A DNA stretch of 64,000 nt from contig DATJFN010000055.1 of assembly GCA_035495635.1 (NCBI GenBank), positions 539 through 64,538 on the forward strand, read 5' to 3'. Position numbers and translations under genes: made by a program. The stretch is from Steroidobacteraceae bacterium. GTDB lineage: Bacteria > Pseudomonadota > Gammaproteobacteria > Steroidobacterales > Steroidobacteraceae. Numbering within the stretch: the stretch's first letter is position 1; each line of letters begins with the position of its first letter. Under the pieces are notes generated by a model, which searched no databases, had not been told where the DNA came from, and worked only from the letters and a program-made list of their open reading frames with translations. Positions 10,164-18,115 of this stretch are shown here, piece after piece.

Positions 10164-11494
10164 GCCAGCCGAATCCTCATCGTCCGCCGCAGCAGTATGA
10201 GGCTCGTGGCGGCCTGCAGCCACACGCTCGCGACGGACAGGTACCAGACGTGGTGTATGCGATGCCAGGGCGTCGTCGAGAGCCAGATCGCGGGGATCAT
10301 GAACGTGAGGATGCGCGACGACGTCGAGCCGAGCGCCGGCCAGGTATGGCCGAGGCCCTGGAAGATGCCCGAGCAGGTGAAGATGAGGCCGGACGCGATG
10401 AAGTTGAACGAGATGATGCGGAGGAAATGCGAGGCGACCTCGATCACCGCCGGGTCCTTCGTGAAGCCCTGCGCCAGCAACTCCGGCTTCGTCTGGCAGA
10501 GGAGCGTCAGCACCGCCATCAGCGCGATGCTGACCTTCGCCGCGGCGCTGAAGGTCTCGCGCACGCGGCCGTACTGGTGCGCCCCGTAGTTCTGCCCCGC
10601 GATCGGGCCGGTCGCGAAGGCGATCGCCATCGCCGGCAGGAAGATCGACTGCATGAGGCGCGTGCCCAGCCCGAATCCCGCCTGCGCCGCCGCGCCGAAG
10701 TCGCGGATGACCCAGTAGATCACGGCCATGTACAGGAACATGAAGCCGAACTCGCCGCCCGCCGGCGCGCCGATGTTGATCATGCGGCCCCACACGGGAA
10801 GCCGCGGCTCCCAGGTCCCGGGCCGGATGTGGATGTACTTCTCGAGCTTGCGGAAGTAGCCCGCGAGCATCGCCGAGCCGACTGCGACGGCGATCGAGCT
10901 CGCGAGCCCCGCGCCCGCGACGCCCATCGGATGCCCCGTGATCCAGCCCGCGATCAGGATCGGCGCGAGGACGGCGTTCAGCAGCACGGTCACGACCTGC
11001 ACGATCATCGTCGGCTGCACGACACCGGTGCCGCGCAGGCCCGACATCATCACGTTGTTGACGTACTGGAGCGCGAGCCCCGGCAGGAACCAGTGCAGGT
11101 ACGTCGCGCCGGCCTCGACCGTGGCCGGGTCCGCGCCGACGGTTTTCATGTAGGCATTCGTCAGGAGGTAACCGCCGACCAGCGTGCCGGCCGTGCACAC
11201 GAGCGCGAGCGAAAGCGACTGGTTGAAGACAAGGTCGGCGTCCTCCGGATCCTTGCGCCCGACCGCCTGCGACACGAGCGCCATGGTGCCGACGCCGAGC
11301 GTCTGGGTCAGCGCCATCACGACGAACATCGCGATGCCCGCCGCGCCGACGCCCGCGAGCGCGGCGTCGCCGAGCTGCGCGACGAAATAGAGGTCGATCA
11401 GGAGGTAGAGCGTCTGCGCCAGCATGCCGGCCGCGATCGGCGCCGCCATGGCGATGAGATGCCCGGGAATCGGGCCTTGGGTCAGGTCGCGCAT
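10160..11494 (-). CDS. MATE family efflux transporter
   Basis: 444 aa, about 12 TM segments. N-terminus MRDLTQGPIPGHLIAMAAPIAAGMLAQTLYLLIDLYFVAQLG is typical of NorM/DinF-type MATE proteins. Confidence 0.9.
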   Translation of the reverse strand: MRDLTQGPIPGHLIAMAAPIAAGMLAQTLYLLIDLYFVAQLGDAALAGVGAAGIAMFVVMALTQTLGVGTMALVSQAVGRKDPEDADLVFNQSLSLALVCTAGTLVGGYLLTNAYMKTVGADPATVEAGATYLHWFLPGLALQYVNNVMMSGLRGTGVVQPTMIVQVVTVLLNAVLAPILIAGWITGHPMGVAGAGLASSIAVAVGSAMLAGYFRKLEKYIHIRPGTWEPRLPVWGRMINIGAPAGGEFGFMFLYMAVIYWVIRDFGAAAQAGFGLGTRLMQSIFLPAMAIAFATGPIAGQNYGAHQYGRVRETFSAAAKVSIALMAVLTLLCQTKPELLAQGFTKDPAVIEVASHFLRIISFNFIASGLIFTCSGIFQGLGHTWPALGSTSSRILTFMIPAIWLSTTPWHRIHHVWYLSVASVWLQAATSLILLRRTMRIRLA

Positions 11495-11564
11495 GAAGAG
11501 GCGTAAGATGGTACATGACGGCCGGCGCCGGCCGTCGTATTAACCAGAATCAGGGGGAATCTCG

Positions 11565-12065
11565 ATGAATCGCATGTATGCGGCTGCACTTGCGGCGGCC
11601 GGACTCCTCGCGCTAGCCGGTTGCCAGAAGGCGACGGACAGCGCGGCATTTGAAACGAAAGCGAAGGCCGATGTCCGCGCCTGGCTCGCGGCGTTCAATG
11701 CCGGCGACGTCGATACGATCGTTGCCTTGTACGCTCCGGATGCCGTCGTGATGGCGCCGGGCAATGCGTCGGCGACCGGCCACGATGCGATCCGCGCGCT
11801 GATCCAGAAGGAGAGCGCAGCCATGAAGCCGGCCGGCGTCACCCTCGCTGCCAATGACGACGACAAGGCCGCCGCCTCCGGCAACCTCGGATGGCACTCC
11901 GGCTCCTATGTCGTGAAGGACGCGAGTGGTGCTGTGGTCGACAGTGGCAATTACATGGAAGTCCAGCAGAACATCGACGGAAAGTGGCTGATCATCCGCG
12001 ACATCTGGAACTCGGATCGCCCGCCGCCGGCGCCGGCGCCGGCCGAAGCGCCGCCCGCCAGCTGA
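11565..12065 (+). CDS. lipoprotein with SnoaL-like / DUF4440 (NTF2-fold) domain
   Basis: 166 aa. Lipobox LLALAGC. The pattern W..AFNAGDVDTIVALYAPDAVVM.PG is typical of DUF4440/SnoaL-like domains. GGGGGA SD. Confidence 0.7.
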   Translation: MNRMYAAALAAAGLLALAGCQKATDSAAFETKAKADVRAWLAAFNAGDVDTIVALYAPDAVVMAPGNASATGHDAIRALIQKESAAMKPAGVTLAANDDDKAAASGNLGWHSGSYVVKDASGAVVDSGNYMEVQQNIDGKWLIIRDIWNSDRPPPAPAPAEAPPAS

Positions 12066-12069
12066 CCTC

Positions 12070-12107
12070 AAAGGGGACGGTCACATTTAAAAGTGACCGT
12101 CCCCTTT
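12070..12107. repeat. long variant of the REP-like palindrome (15 bp perfect arms)
   Basis: AAAGGGGACGGTCAC-ATTTAAAA-GTGACCGTCCCCTTT. The outer 10 nt of each arm equal the outer halves of an inverted REP pair. The right arm contains the TAA stop (12106..12108, minus strand) of the TonB receptor gene. Confidence 0.9.
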
Positions 12108-14394
12108 AGAATTTCCAGAGGACGCCGAGCGAGGGCACGAGCGGCAGCGAACCGCGCGGCTCGACGTCGAGGAAGACTTCCGGCGTCTCGGTGTCCTCGA
12201 GCTGGTACTCGACGCAGCAGTCGTTGATCCGCTGGGTGACGTTGCTCACCTCGAGGAACGCCGACAGCTCCCCCGCGTTGCCGATGTCGAATCGCCGCGC
12301 CACGCGGAAATCGAGCCGCGCATAGTCCGACAGGTTCTCCGCGTTCCGCTTGCCGACGTCCGCGAGCGGGAACGGCTCGAGCGTCTCGAGCTCGACCTCC
12401 GTCGTCGGCCATCCCTGGTGCCACGTCGCCGCCAGCGACGCCTCCCACAGGCTCCCGCGCCAGGTGAGCCCCGCGCTCAGGTAGTTGCGCTGGTCCCAGC
12501 TCCGGTGCAGCCACTCGCCGTCCACGCGGTCGAGCACTCGCGACTGCGTGTACGCCGCCCAGCCCGAGAACGACTCCGTCTCGTAGCGCAGAGAAATCTC
12601 CGCGCCCTCGGCGAGCGCCGACTCGGGACCGATGAGGATGCGGTCCGGCTTGAGCTCCGGCAGCACGAACGTCGTGTTCAGGAGGTTCTCGTGGCGCGCG
12701 AACGGGTGCTCGTAGTCCTTGCGGTAGAGCTCGAGGCGCATCGTGAGCGACTTCGAGAGATCCTGCTCGACGCTCGCGACCCGGTGCGTCGCGCGCTGTG
12801 CGCGCTGGAACTCGGTGTCGCCGTCCGAGACCTGCAGCTCGTTGATCGCCTGCGCCTGGTAGTAGCGACCCCAGCCGAAGCGCAGGCGCGTGCCTTCGCT
12901 CGGCTCCCACATGAGCACCGCGCGCGGGCTCCATTGCGAGGCGCTCTCTTCGGAGATCGTCTCCGTGTCCCAGCGGATGCCAAGGTCGGTCGCGACCGTC
13001 GCGGTCGGCTCGAAGCGCCAGTTGAGGTAAGCCGCGGACTGGTGCCCGGACGGGCGCACGTGGATGTCCCGCGTGCGCGTCGGGTCGGTCGGCGCGCCGG
13101 GCGTCAGGAACAGGAGCTCGAACGCGGCTTCGTCCGTGTAGTCGTAGCGGCCCTCTTGCTCGCGCCACTCGAAGCCGGATTGCAGCAGGGATCGGCTGCC
13201 GATCCGCCACCAGCCGTCGGCCTGCAGCGAGTCGATCGTGAAATGCCGCTCGTCCGCGAGCGAGCCGCTACCGATGCCCGGCAGGTCCGCTCTGCCCGTG
13301 CGCTCGCTCTCGAGAAGGGTCCGCGCGGCGAGCACGCGGCCGCCGAGCCCGTCCGGCGCGCCGAGGTCGAAGCGCAGCCAGTAGTACTGGTCGCGGTACT
13401 CCGCCACCGCTTCCTCCTCCTGGTCGCTGTCGAAGGCGGTAATCCGGTCGTTGAACGTGAGGAAATTCACCGACGCCGCGAGCCAGTCGTTGAAGCGGTG
13501 GCCGGCACGGCCGTACCAGTCGTCGTACTCCGGCTGGCCGAGCGGCGAGTCGATCAGGTCGAAGAAGAGGTCCATGTTGCCGCGTCGCGCGGCGAGCGCC
13601 CAGTCGGTCGAACCATCCTCGGTCGCGCCCTCGAACGAAGCGCCCGCCGTGAAGAATGACGCGACCGCCTGCCCCTGGAAGCCCTTGCCCGCGAGCCGCG
13701 GCGCGATGTCGACGACGCCGCTGCTGCGATCGCCGAACGCGACGGGAAAGCCGCCCGTGTAGATGCGCACGTCGCTCACGATCGCCGGGTCGATGCTGCT
13801 GAAGACGCCGAAGAAGTCCTTCAGGTGATACGGGTTGTAGAGGCGGAGGTCATCGAACCGGACGAGCGTCTCTTCCTCGGTGCCGCCGCGCAGGTGAAAG
13901 CGGCTCGTGAAATCCTGGCCCGCGACGCCCGGGAGGCGCGCGACCGCCCGCACGGGGTCCTCGCCGAGGTCCGGCAAGGATTCGAGCTGTGCGGCATCGA
14001 GCACGGTCGCGGAGATCTGCTCGCTGCCGAACTGGTAGTGGCTCGCGCTCACGACGACGGCGTCGATCGGCGCGGGAGCCGGCGTATGCGAGAAGCCGGG
14101 CGTCGCATGCCGCGTCGCGCGCGGCGGCACGCGCACCAGCATCAGCGTCCCGGAAGGACCATCCTGCACGGCGATGCCGTACGGCGCGAGAATCTCGGTG
14201 AGCATCGCGCGCGGCTCGGTGGCCTGCGGCGCGCCTTCGACGCGCATCCAGGGCTTCACGAGGTCGCTGCTGTAGAGGAGCTGCACGCCGCCGGCGCGCA
14301 GGTCCTCGAGCACCGATTCGACCGGCAGCCCGCGGTAGTCGGCGGCCTCGGCGGCCGCCGCGAGCGGGACCAGGAGGAGCGCGAGCGTTCTCAC
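12106..14394 (-). CDS. TonB-dependent receptor with N-terminal STN signalling domain (FecA-type transducer)
   Basis: 762 aa. Signal peptide, then an STN-like segment (VESVLEDLRAGGVQLLYSSDLV...), a plug, and a beta-barrel ending ...SLGVLWKF. GTG start overlaps the FecR stop (GTGA). Confidence 0.85.
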   Translation of the reverse strand: MRTLALLLVPLAAAAEAADYRGLPVESVLEDLRAGGVQLLYSSDLVKPWMRVEGAPQATEPRAMLTEILAPYGIAVQDGPSGTLMLVRVPPRATRHATPGFSHTPAPAPIDAVVVSASHYQFGSEQISATVLDAAQLESLPDLGEDPVRAVARLPGVAGQDFTSRFHLRGGTEEETLVRFDDLRLYNPYHLKDFFGVFSSIDPAIVSDVRIYTGGFPVAFGDRSSGVVDIAPRLAGKGFQGQAVASFFTAGASFEGATEDGSTDWALAARRGNMDLFFDLIDSPLGQPEYDDWYGRAGHRFNDWLAASVNFLTFNDRITAFDSDQEEEAVAEYRDQYYWLRFDLGAPDGLGGRVLAARTLLESERTGRADLPGIGSGSLADERHFTIDSLQADGWWRIGSRSLLQSGFEWREQEGRYDYTDEAAFELLFLTPGAPTDPTRTRDIHVRPSGHQSAAYLNWRFEPTATVATDLGIRWDTETISEESASQWSPRAVLMWEPSEGTRLRFGWGRYYQAQAINELQVSDGDTEFQRAQRATHRVASVEQDLSKSLTMRLELYRKDYEHPFARHENLLNTTFVLPELKPDRILIGPESALAEGAEISLRYETESFSGWAAYTQSRVLDRVDGEWLHRSWDQRNYLSAGLTWRGSLWEASLAATWHQGWPTTEVELETLEPFPLADVGKRNAENLSDYARLDFRVARRFDIGNAGELSAFLEVSNVTQRINDCCVEYQLEDTETPEVFLDVEPRGSLPLVPSLGVLWKF

Positions 14395-15380
14395 GGGCCG
14401 GTCGGTGCGGTGCTCCGGGCCCGGATCTCCATCGTATCGCCGTTGAGCTCGACCGCGAGGTCCGTGGTCGCCAGCATCGCCTCGAGCGCCGCCATCGGCG
14501 AGAAGTTACGGATGTCGCCGTGCAGGATCACGGCGGAGGCGCGCTGCTCGACGAGCGGCGACTCGTAGGTAAGCTTTCGTCCCGTTTCGCGCGCAACCCA
14601 CGAGATGAGGTCCGCAGCTGGCTTGCCGTCCATGTCGGGCATCGGCGCGATCGCCTCGGCCCACTGCCAGGCCGCGTCATGCGGCGCGATCGACGCGCGC
14701 GAGATTCCGCCTTTCCCGTCGATCGCGATCTGCTCGCCTGCCTGCCCCCGGAAGGACTCGCCGCCGTGATCGAGCGCGACAAGGCCTTCTCTGACGCGCA
14801 GCCGCAGCGCACCGCCCGTGACGGCGACCTCGAACTGCGTGCCAACGTCGCGCGCCGTAGCGACCGCCGTCACGACCTCGAGATGCGACCCCGACGGCCG
14901 CGCGCCGCTGTCGACATATATCGTGCCGCCCGGCACGTACAGGCGGCCCGGCGCGTCGAGCATGACCTCGGTGCCGCCCGCGAGCCGGAGCGATTCGCCG
15001 CCGGTGAGCGTGAGCGCGACGCGGCCGTCCGCCTGCGTGCGAATCTTGATTCCCGGCGTCAGCCGCGCCCGGGCCTCGGCGAGCGGCCGCCAGATGTCGC
15101 CGGTCGCGACTTCGACTTCTCCGGCAGCGCGCGCGATGCGTGCGAGCTCCTCCTGCTGTGCGACCGGCGGCGTCCAGCGCGCCATGAGCGCGATGGCGAA
15201 CACAAGCACCGCGGCGGCGGCGGCCCAGAGGATCCACATACGCTCCCGGTGCTTCGACGTCTTCTTGCGGAAGGCCTCGTGGGCGACCGTGTAGACGTGC
15301 CCGTAGGCATCCTCCGGCGGCTCGACCCGGCGCCCCGCGCTCCGGATCAGCGATTCGACGATGTCCGCTTCGCTTTGCAT
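14391..15380 (-). CDS. FecR-family anti-sigma / transmembrane sensor
   Basis: 329 aa. Cytoplasmic N-terminus, single TM (WILWAAAAAVLVFAIALMA) and a periplasmic FecR domain. It sits between the ECF sigma and the STN-receptor genes. Confidence 0.8.
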   Translation of the reverse strand: MQSEADIVESLIRSAGRRVEPPEDAYGHVYTVAHEAFRKKTSKHRERMWILWAAAAAVLVFAIALMARWTPPVAQQEELARIARAAGEVEVATGDIWRPLAEARARLTPGIKIRTQADGRVALTLTGGESLRLAGGTEVMLDAPGRLYVPGGTIYVDSGARPSGSHLEVVTAVATARDVGTQFEVAVTGGALRLRVREGLVALDHGGESFRGQAGEQIAIDGKGGISRASIAPHDAAWQWAEAIAPMPDMDGKPAADLISWVARETGRKLTYESPLVEQRASAVILHGDIRNFSPMAALEAMLATTDLAVELNGDTMEIRARSTAPTGP

Positions 15381-15388
15381 GGCTGTCC

Positions 15389-15973
15389 TCAGATCATTCC
15401 GGCAATCGCTTCACGGAATGCTTCCCGCGCGCGCGTCAGGAGCGATTCCGCGGCCTTTGCGCCGATGTCGAGGCGCACGGCGATCTCGCGCACCGAGAGC
15501 CCATCGATGTACTTCCACTCGAGCGCCGTGCCGTAGTTGCCAGGCAGCGCGTCCAGGGTCGCCTCCACGATGCGGTGCACCTGCTCGCGCAAGGCGCCTG
15601 TCTCCGGCTCGTCCGCCGCCGGCGCTGCGAGCGACTCCAGGATCGAGCGCGCATTCGGCTGGTCCTCGAGCAGCTCGACGCGGCCCTGGCTGCCGCCGCT
15701 CCGGCGGTAATAGTCAGCGACCGCGTTGCGGCAGATCTGGCAGAACCAGGTGTACAGCGCGGCCTCGCCGCGGTAGGTGTCGAGCCGCTCGATCGCCTGG
15801 CAGAAAGTCTGTTGCACGATGTCCTTGGCGGCGTCCGGGTCGCCCGGCAGGCGCGCCCGTGCGAACCGGTAGAGCCTCGGGAAGAAGCGGTCGAACAACT
15901 CGCGGAAAGCCTCCTCGTCCCCGCCCAGGATGCGGTGGGCCAGTGCGCGGTCCACGTGCACGAGCTCGGCCAT
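15389..15973 (-). CDS. ECF (sigma-70 family) RNA polymerase sigma factor, FecI-like
   Basis: Region 2 (FRELFDRFFPRLYRFARARL...AKDIVQQTF) and region 4 (LPGNYGTALEWKYIDGLSVREIA) are present. The start was trimmed to ATG 15973. Track ORF 15389..16219 has earlier in-frame starts at 16039 and 16072 (the track ORF's own start is 16219). Confidence 0.8.
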   Translation of the reverse strand: MAELVHVDRALAHRILGGDEEAFRELFDRFFPRLYRFARARLPGDPDAAKDIVQQTFCQAIERLDTYRGEAALYTWFCQICRNAVADYYRRSGGSQGRVELLEDQPNARSILESLAAPAADEPETGALREQVHRIVEATLDALPGNYGTALEWKYIDGLSVREIAVRLDIGAKAAESLLTRAREAFREAIAGMI

Positions 15974-16085
15974 CTCCGGGTTAGACGGGTCAGTCACGGC
16001 AATCCTTCGTCCCGCGAAGGATTTTCGCGCATCGCGCATCCAATGGGTCAGAAGGTTCAAAAAAACGCGCATCAAGGTGCCGCTT

Positions 16086-16835
16086 ATGTCCGCCCCTAAG
16101 AAGGTCTGGGTCCTGTTGTTCGCCGGTTTCGCCGCGCTCGCCGCCGGAGCGGCCGCCGGCGACGGCTTTACGAGGCAGTTCCCGATCACGGCCTGCGATT
16201 TCAAGCCGACGGGCGGCAACGCCTATTTCAGGCTCAAGCCGGGCCGCCAGCTCTACCTCAGCAACCTGCGCTGCGTGCAGGACAAGGAATGCGACGAGCT
16301 CGACGAGCTCTGGATCACGATGCTTCCCGAGACGAAAACGATCACGTTCGACTACGCCGGCAAGCCACGCACGGTCACCGCGCGCGTCATGGAGGAATAC
16401 GAGACGGTGGGCGGCGAGTTGGAGGAGCTTTCGCGCAACTACGTGGCGGACTGCAGTCCGATGCACGATGTGTACTACTTCGGCGAGGACGTCGAGGACG
16501 GCGACGGGAATCGCCTCCCCGATTCCTGGCTCGCGGGCCGGCGCGGCGCGCGGCCCGGCATCCTGATGCCCGACCGGGCCTTCCTGCTCGGCTCGCGGTA
16601 CTACCAGGAGTTCGCGGAGAACGCGCGTGATCGCGCCGAGCACACGTCGATGGGCATCGACGTGGAAGTGCCGGCCGGCGTGTTCCACGGCTGCGTCGAG
16701 GTGACCGAGACGACGCCGCTCGAGCCCGGCGATGAATCGTTCAAGACCTACTGCCCGAACGTCGGCAACGTGCGCGACGATGACCTCGAGCTCATCGCGG
16801 TCTACGAGAACGCCGAGTCGCCCGCGGCGAAATAA
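16086..16835 (+). CDS. secreted hypothetical protein (Cys-containing, no recognised domain)
   Basis: Trimmed from track ORF 15930..16835 to MSAPKKVWVLLFAGFAALAAGAAAGD (signal peptide). 249 aa. It is divergent from the ECF/FecR/receptor operon. Confidence 0.6.
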   Translation: MSAPKKVWVLLFAGFAALAAGAAAGDGFTRQFPITACDFKPTGGNAYFRLKPGRQLYLSNLRCVQDKECDELDELWITMLPETKTITFDYAGKPRTVTARVMEEYETVGGELEELSRNYVADCSPMHDVYYFGEDVEDGDGNRLPDSWLAGRRGARPGILMPDRAFLLGSRYYQEFAENARDRAEHTSMGIDVEVPAGVFHGCVEVTETTPLEPGDESFKTYCPNVGNVRDDDLELIAVYENAESPAAK

Positions 16836-16914
16836 AGGGGACACGCCCCTTTATCTCCGCTGCGTTCACTTCGGAGACTTGGCGGGCGATAAAGAGGCGC
16901 GTCCCCTTTATTTC
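16829..16914. repeat. inverted pair of REP-like palindromes (copies 16834..16852 and 16891..16909)
   Basis: GAAATAAAGGGGACACGCCCCTTT ... AAAGAGGCGCGTCCCCTTTATTTC, with a 38 nt spacer that has its own CTCCG/CGGAG inverted repeat. The left copy overlaps the upstream gene's TAA. The right flank abuts the stop of the HhH gene. Confidence 0.85.
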
Positions 16915-17176
16915 AATCTTCGAGCCGGCGGTCCTTCCAGTTCCACCACTTGAGCAGGTCGGCCTTCGGTTCGGGCGTTCGCGCCGCGTACGTCGCGCAG
17001 CGAAACGTGTACAGGAGGCAAGGCTCCTGTTCGTGTCCGGTGATTTTCTGGAGTCTTTGGAAGAGTTGTTCTGGATTCGATTCGGCGAGGTCTTTGATCG
17101 AGTGGATCCCCAGGTGCCTGAGATCGGCTGCGATGGCGGGCCCGATCCCCGGCAACGTGGTCAGCTCGTCGTGCAT
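16913..17176 (-). CDS. helix-hairpin-helix domain protein (Cdd1 / 'pathogenicity locus' family)
   Basis: 87 aa. MHDELTTLPGIGPAIAADLRHLGIHSIKDLA is an HhH motif, with a conserved C-terminal WW.WK.R. Confidence 0.7.
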   Translation of the reverse strand: MHDELTTLPGIGPAIAADLRHLGIHSIKDLAESNPEQLFQRLQKITGHEQEPCLLYTFRCATYAARTPEPKADLLKWWNWKDRRLED

Positions 17177-17244
17177 GGGCAGGTTCCTCCTACGGCTAGT
17201 CCACGTGACCAGATTAAACCCCCGCCCCTGCCGGCAGGCAAGCT

Positions 17245-17280
17245 GAAACGAAAAGCGGCGGGAGCCCGCGCTCCCGCCGC
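17245..17280 (-). terminator. rho-independent terminator after the disordered-protein gene
   Basis: Minus-strand sense reads GCGGCGGGAGC-GCGG-GCTCCCGCCGC followed by TTTTCGTTTC. This is an 11 bp GC stem plus a T-tract, 18 nt downstream of the stop at 17298. Confidence 0.75.
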
Positions 17281-17297
17281 CCGTTCGCGAGGCCGGA

Positions 17298-18050
17298 CTA
17301 CCGCTCGACGCTCGCGTCGGCGCTGACCGAGGCGCCGGCCTGGCCGGACGCCTGGCCGTCGCTGTCCGCGCTCAGGCTGCCGTTCGCCGCACCCTTGCCG
17401 CTGGCGTCGGCCTTCGGCTCAGGCATCGGCTCGCGCTTCGGCTCGGCTTTGTCGGCCCGCGCATCCTTCTTCGGCGCCGGCTTGTCAGCCTTCTTCGATT
17501 CGCGAGTCGCATGCGGTTGCTTGGAGGGCTTCTCGTCCTTCACCGGCTTGTCAGCCTTCGTCGGCTGATCCGGCGCGAGGTCGAGCTGGCCCGCGCCCTT
17601 GCCCGCGGCCTGGCTCGTGGCTTCGCCAGAGTGCTCCTTAGTCGAGAGACTGACGTTCGAGCCCGCCTCGCCCGCGGCGTCGGCGCCCGCCGAGACCGCG
17701 TCCGTCGCGTCATTCACGGTGCCGATCGCTGAATCGGCGGCGCCGGACGCCGTCGCCTTCGCGCCGTCCGCCGTGGACTCGACCTGCCACTTCGCGCCGG
17801 CAGCGGTGTCCCTGGCGCGATCCGTCGCGCGCGACCCCAGGTCGCGCGTGCGGCCGAGCGCATCGGTGCCGCCGTGCAGCGAGCCGTTCAGCGTGCCGCC
17901 CGCCGTTGCGCCGAGATTCCCGACGCCGCCCGTCAACGTGCCGCCGAGCCCGCCGGTTGCGCCGCCGCCCAGCAGCTGCGCGTTGGCCGTACCGCTCGTG
18001 GCCAGGATCGCGGCCACAGCGGCACTCGTGAGGACATTACGAATGTTCAT
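17298..18050 (-). CDS. secreted low-complexity (Gly/Ala/Thr then Lys/Pro/Asp-rich) protein
   Basis: Trimmed to MNIRNVLTSAAVAAILATSGTANA (signal peptide; GGAG SD 6 nt upstream). The rest is predicted to be disordered (GGATGGLGGTLTGG..., KADKPVKDEKPSKQ...KKADKPAPKKDARADKAEPK). Confidence 0.6.
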   Translation of the reverse strand: MNIRNVLTSAAVAAILATSGTANAQLLGGGATGGLGGTLTGGVGNLGATAGGTLNGSLHGGTDALGRTRDLGSRATDRARDTAAGAKWQVESTADGAKATASGAADSAIGTVNDATDAVSAGADAAGEAGSNVSLSTKEHSGEATSQAAGKGAGQLDLAPDQPTKADKPVKDEKPSKQPHATRESKKADKPAPKKDARADKAEPKREPMPEPKADASGKGAANGSLSADSDGQASGQAGASVSADASVER

Positions 18051-18115
18051 GACTTGCTCCCGATGCCGCGGACCATCCGCGGTCTTCACCAGCAAGTACG
18101 AACGGGGACGACCTT

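Noticed and set aside
8586-11516. 976 aa track ORF suggesting one giant protein. The same pattern occurs at 36113..39094 (993 aa), 48349..51423 (1024 aa), 60147..63116 (989 aa), 46341..47876 and 47528..48853.
   Set aside because: In each case the N-terminal part is an out-of-frame read-through of the upstream gene, with Arg/Pro/Gly-rich nonsense. The recognisable protein begins at an internal start that overlaps or abuts the upstream gene's stop. I trimmed these accordingly.
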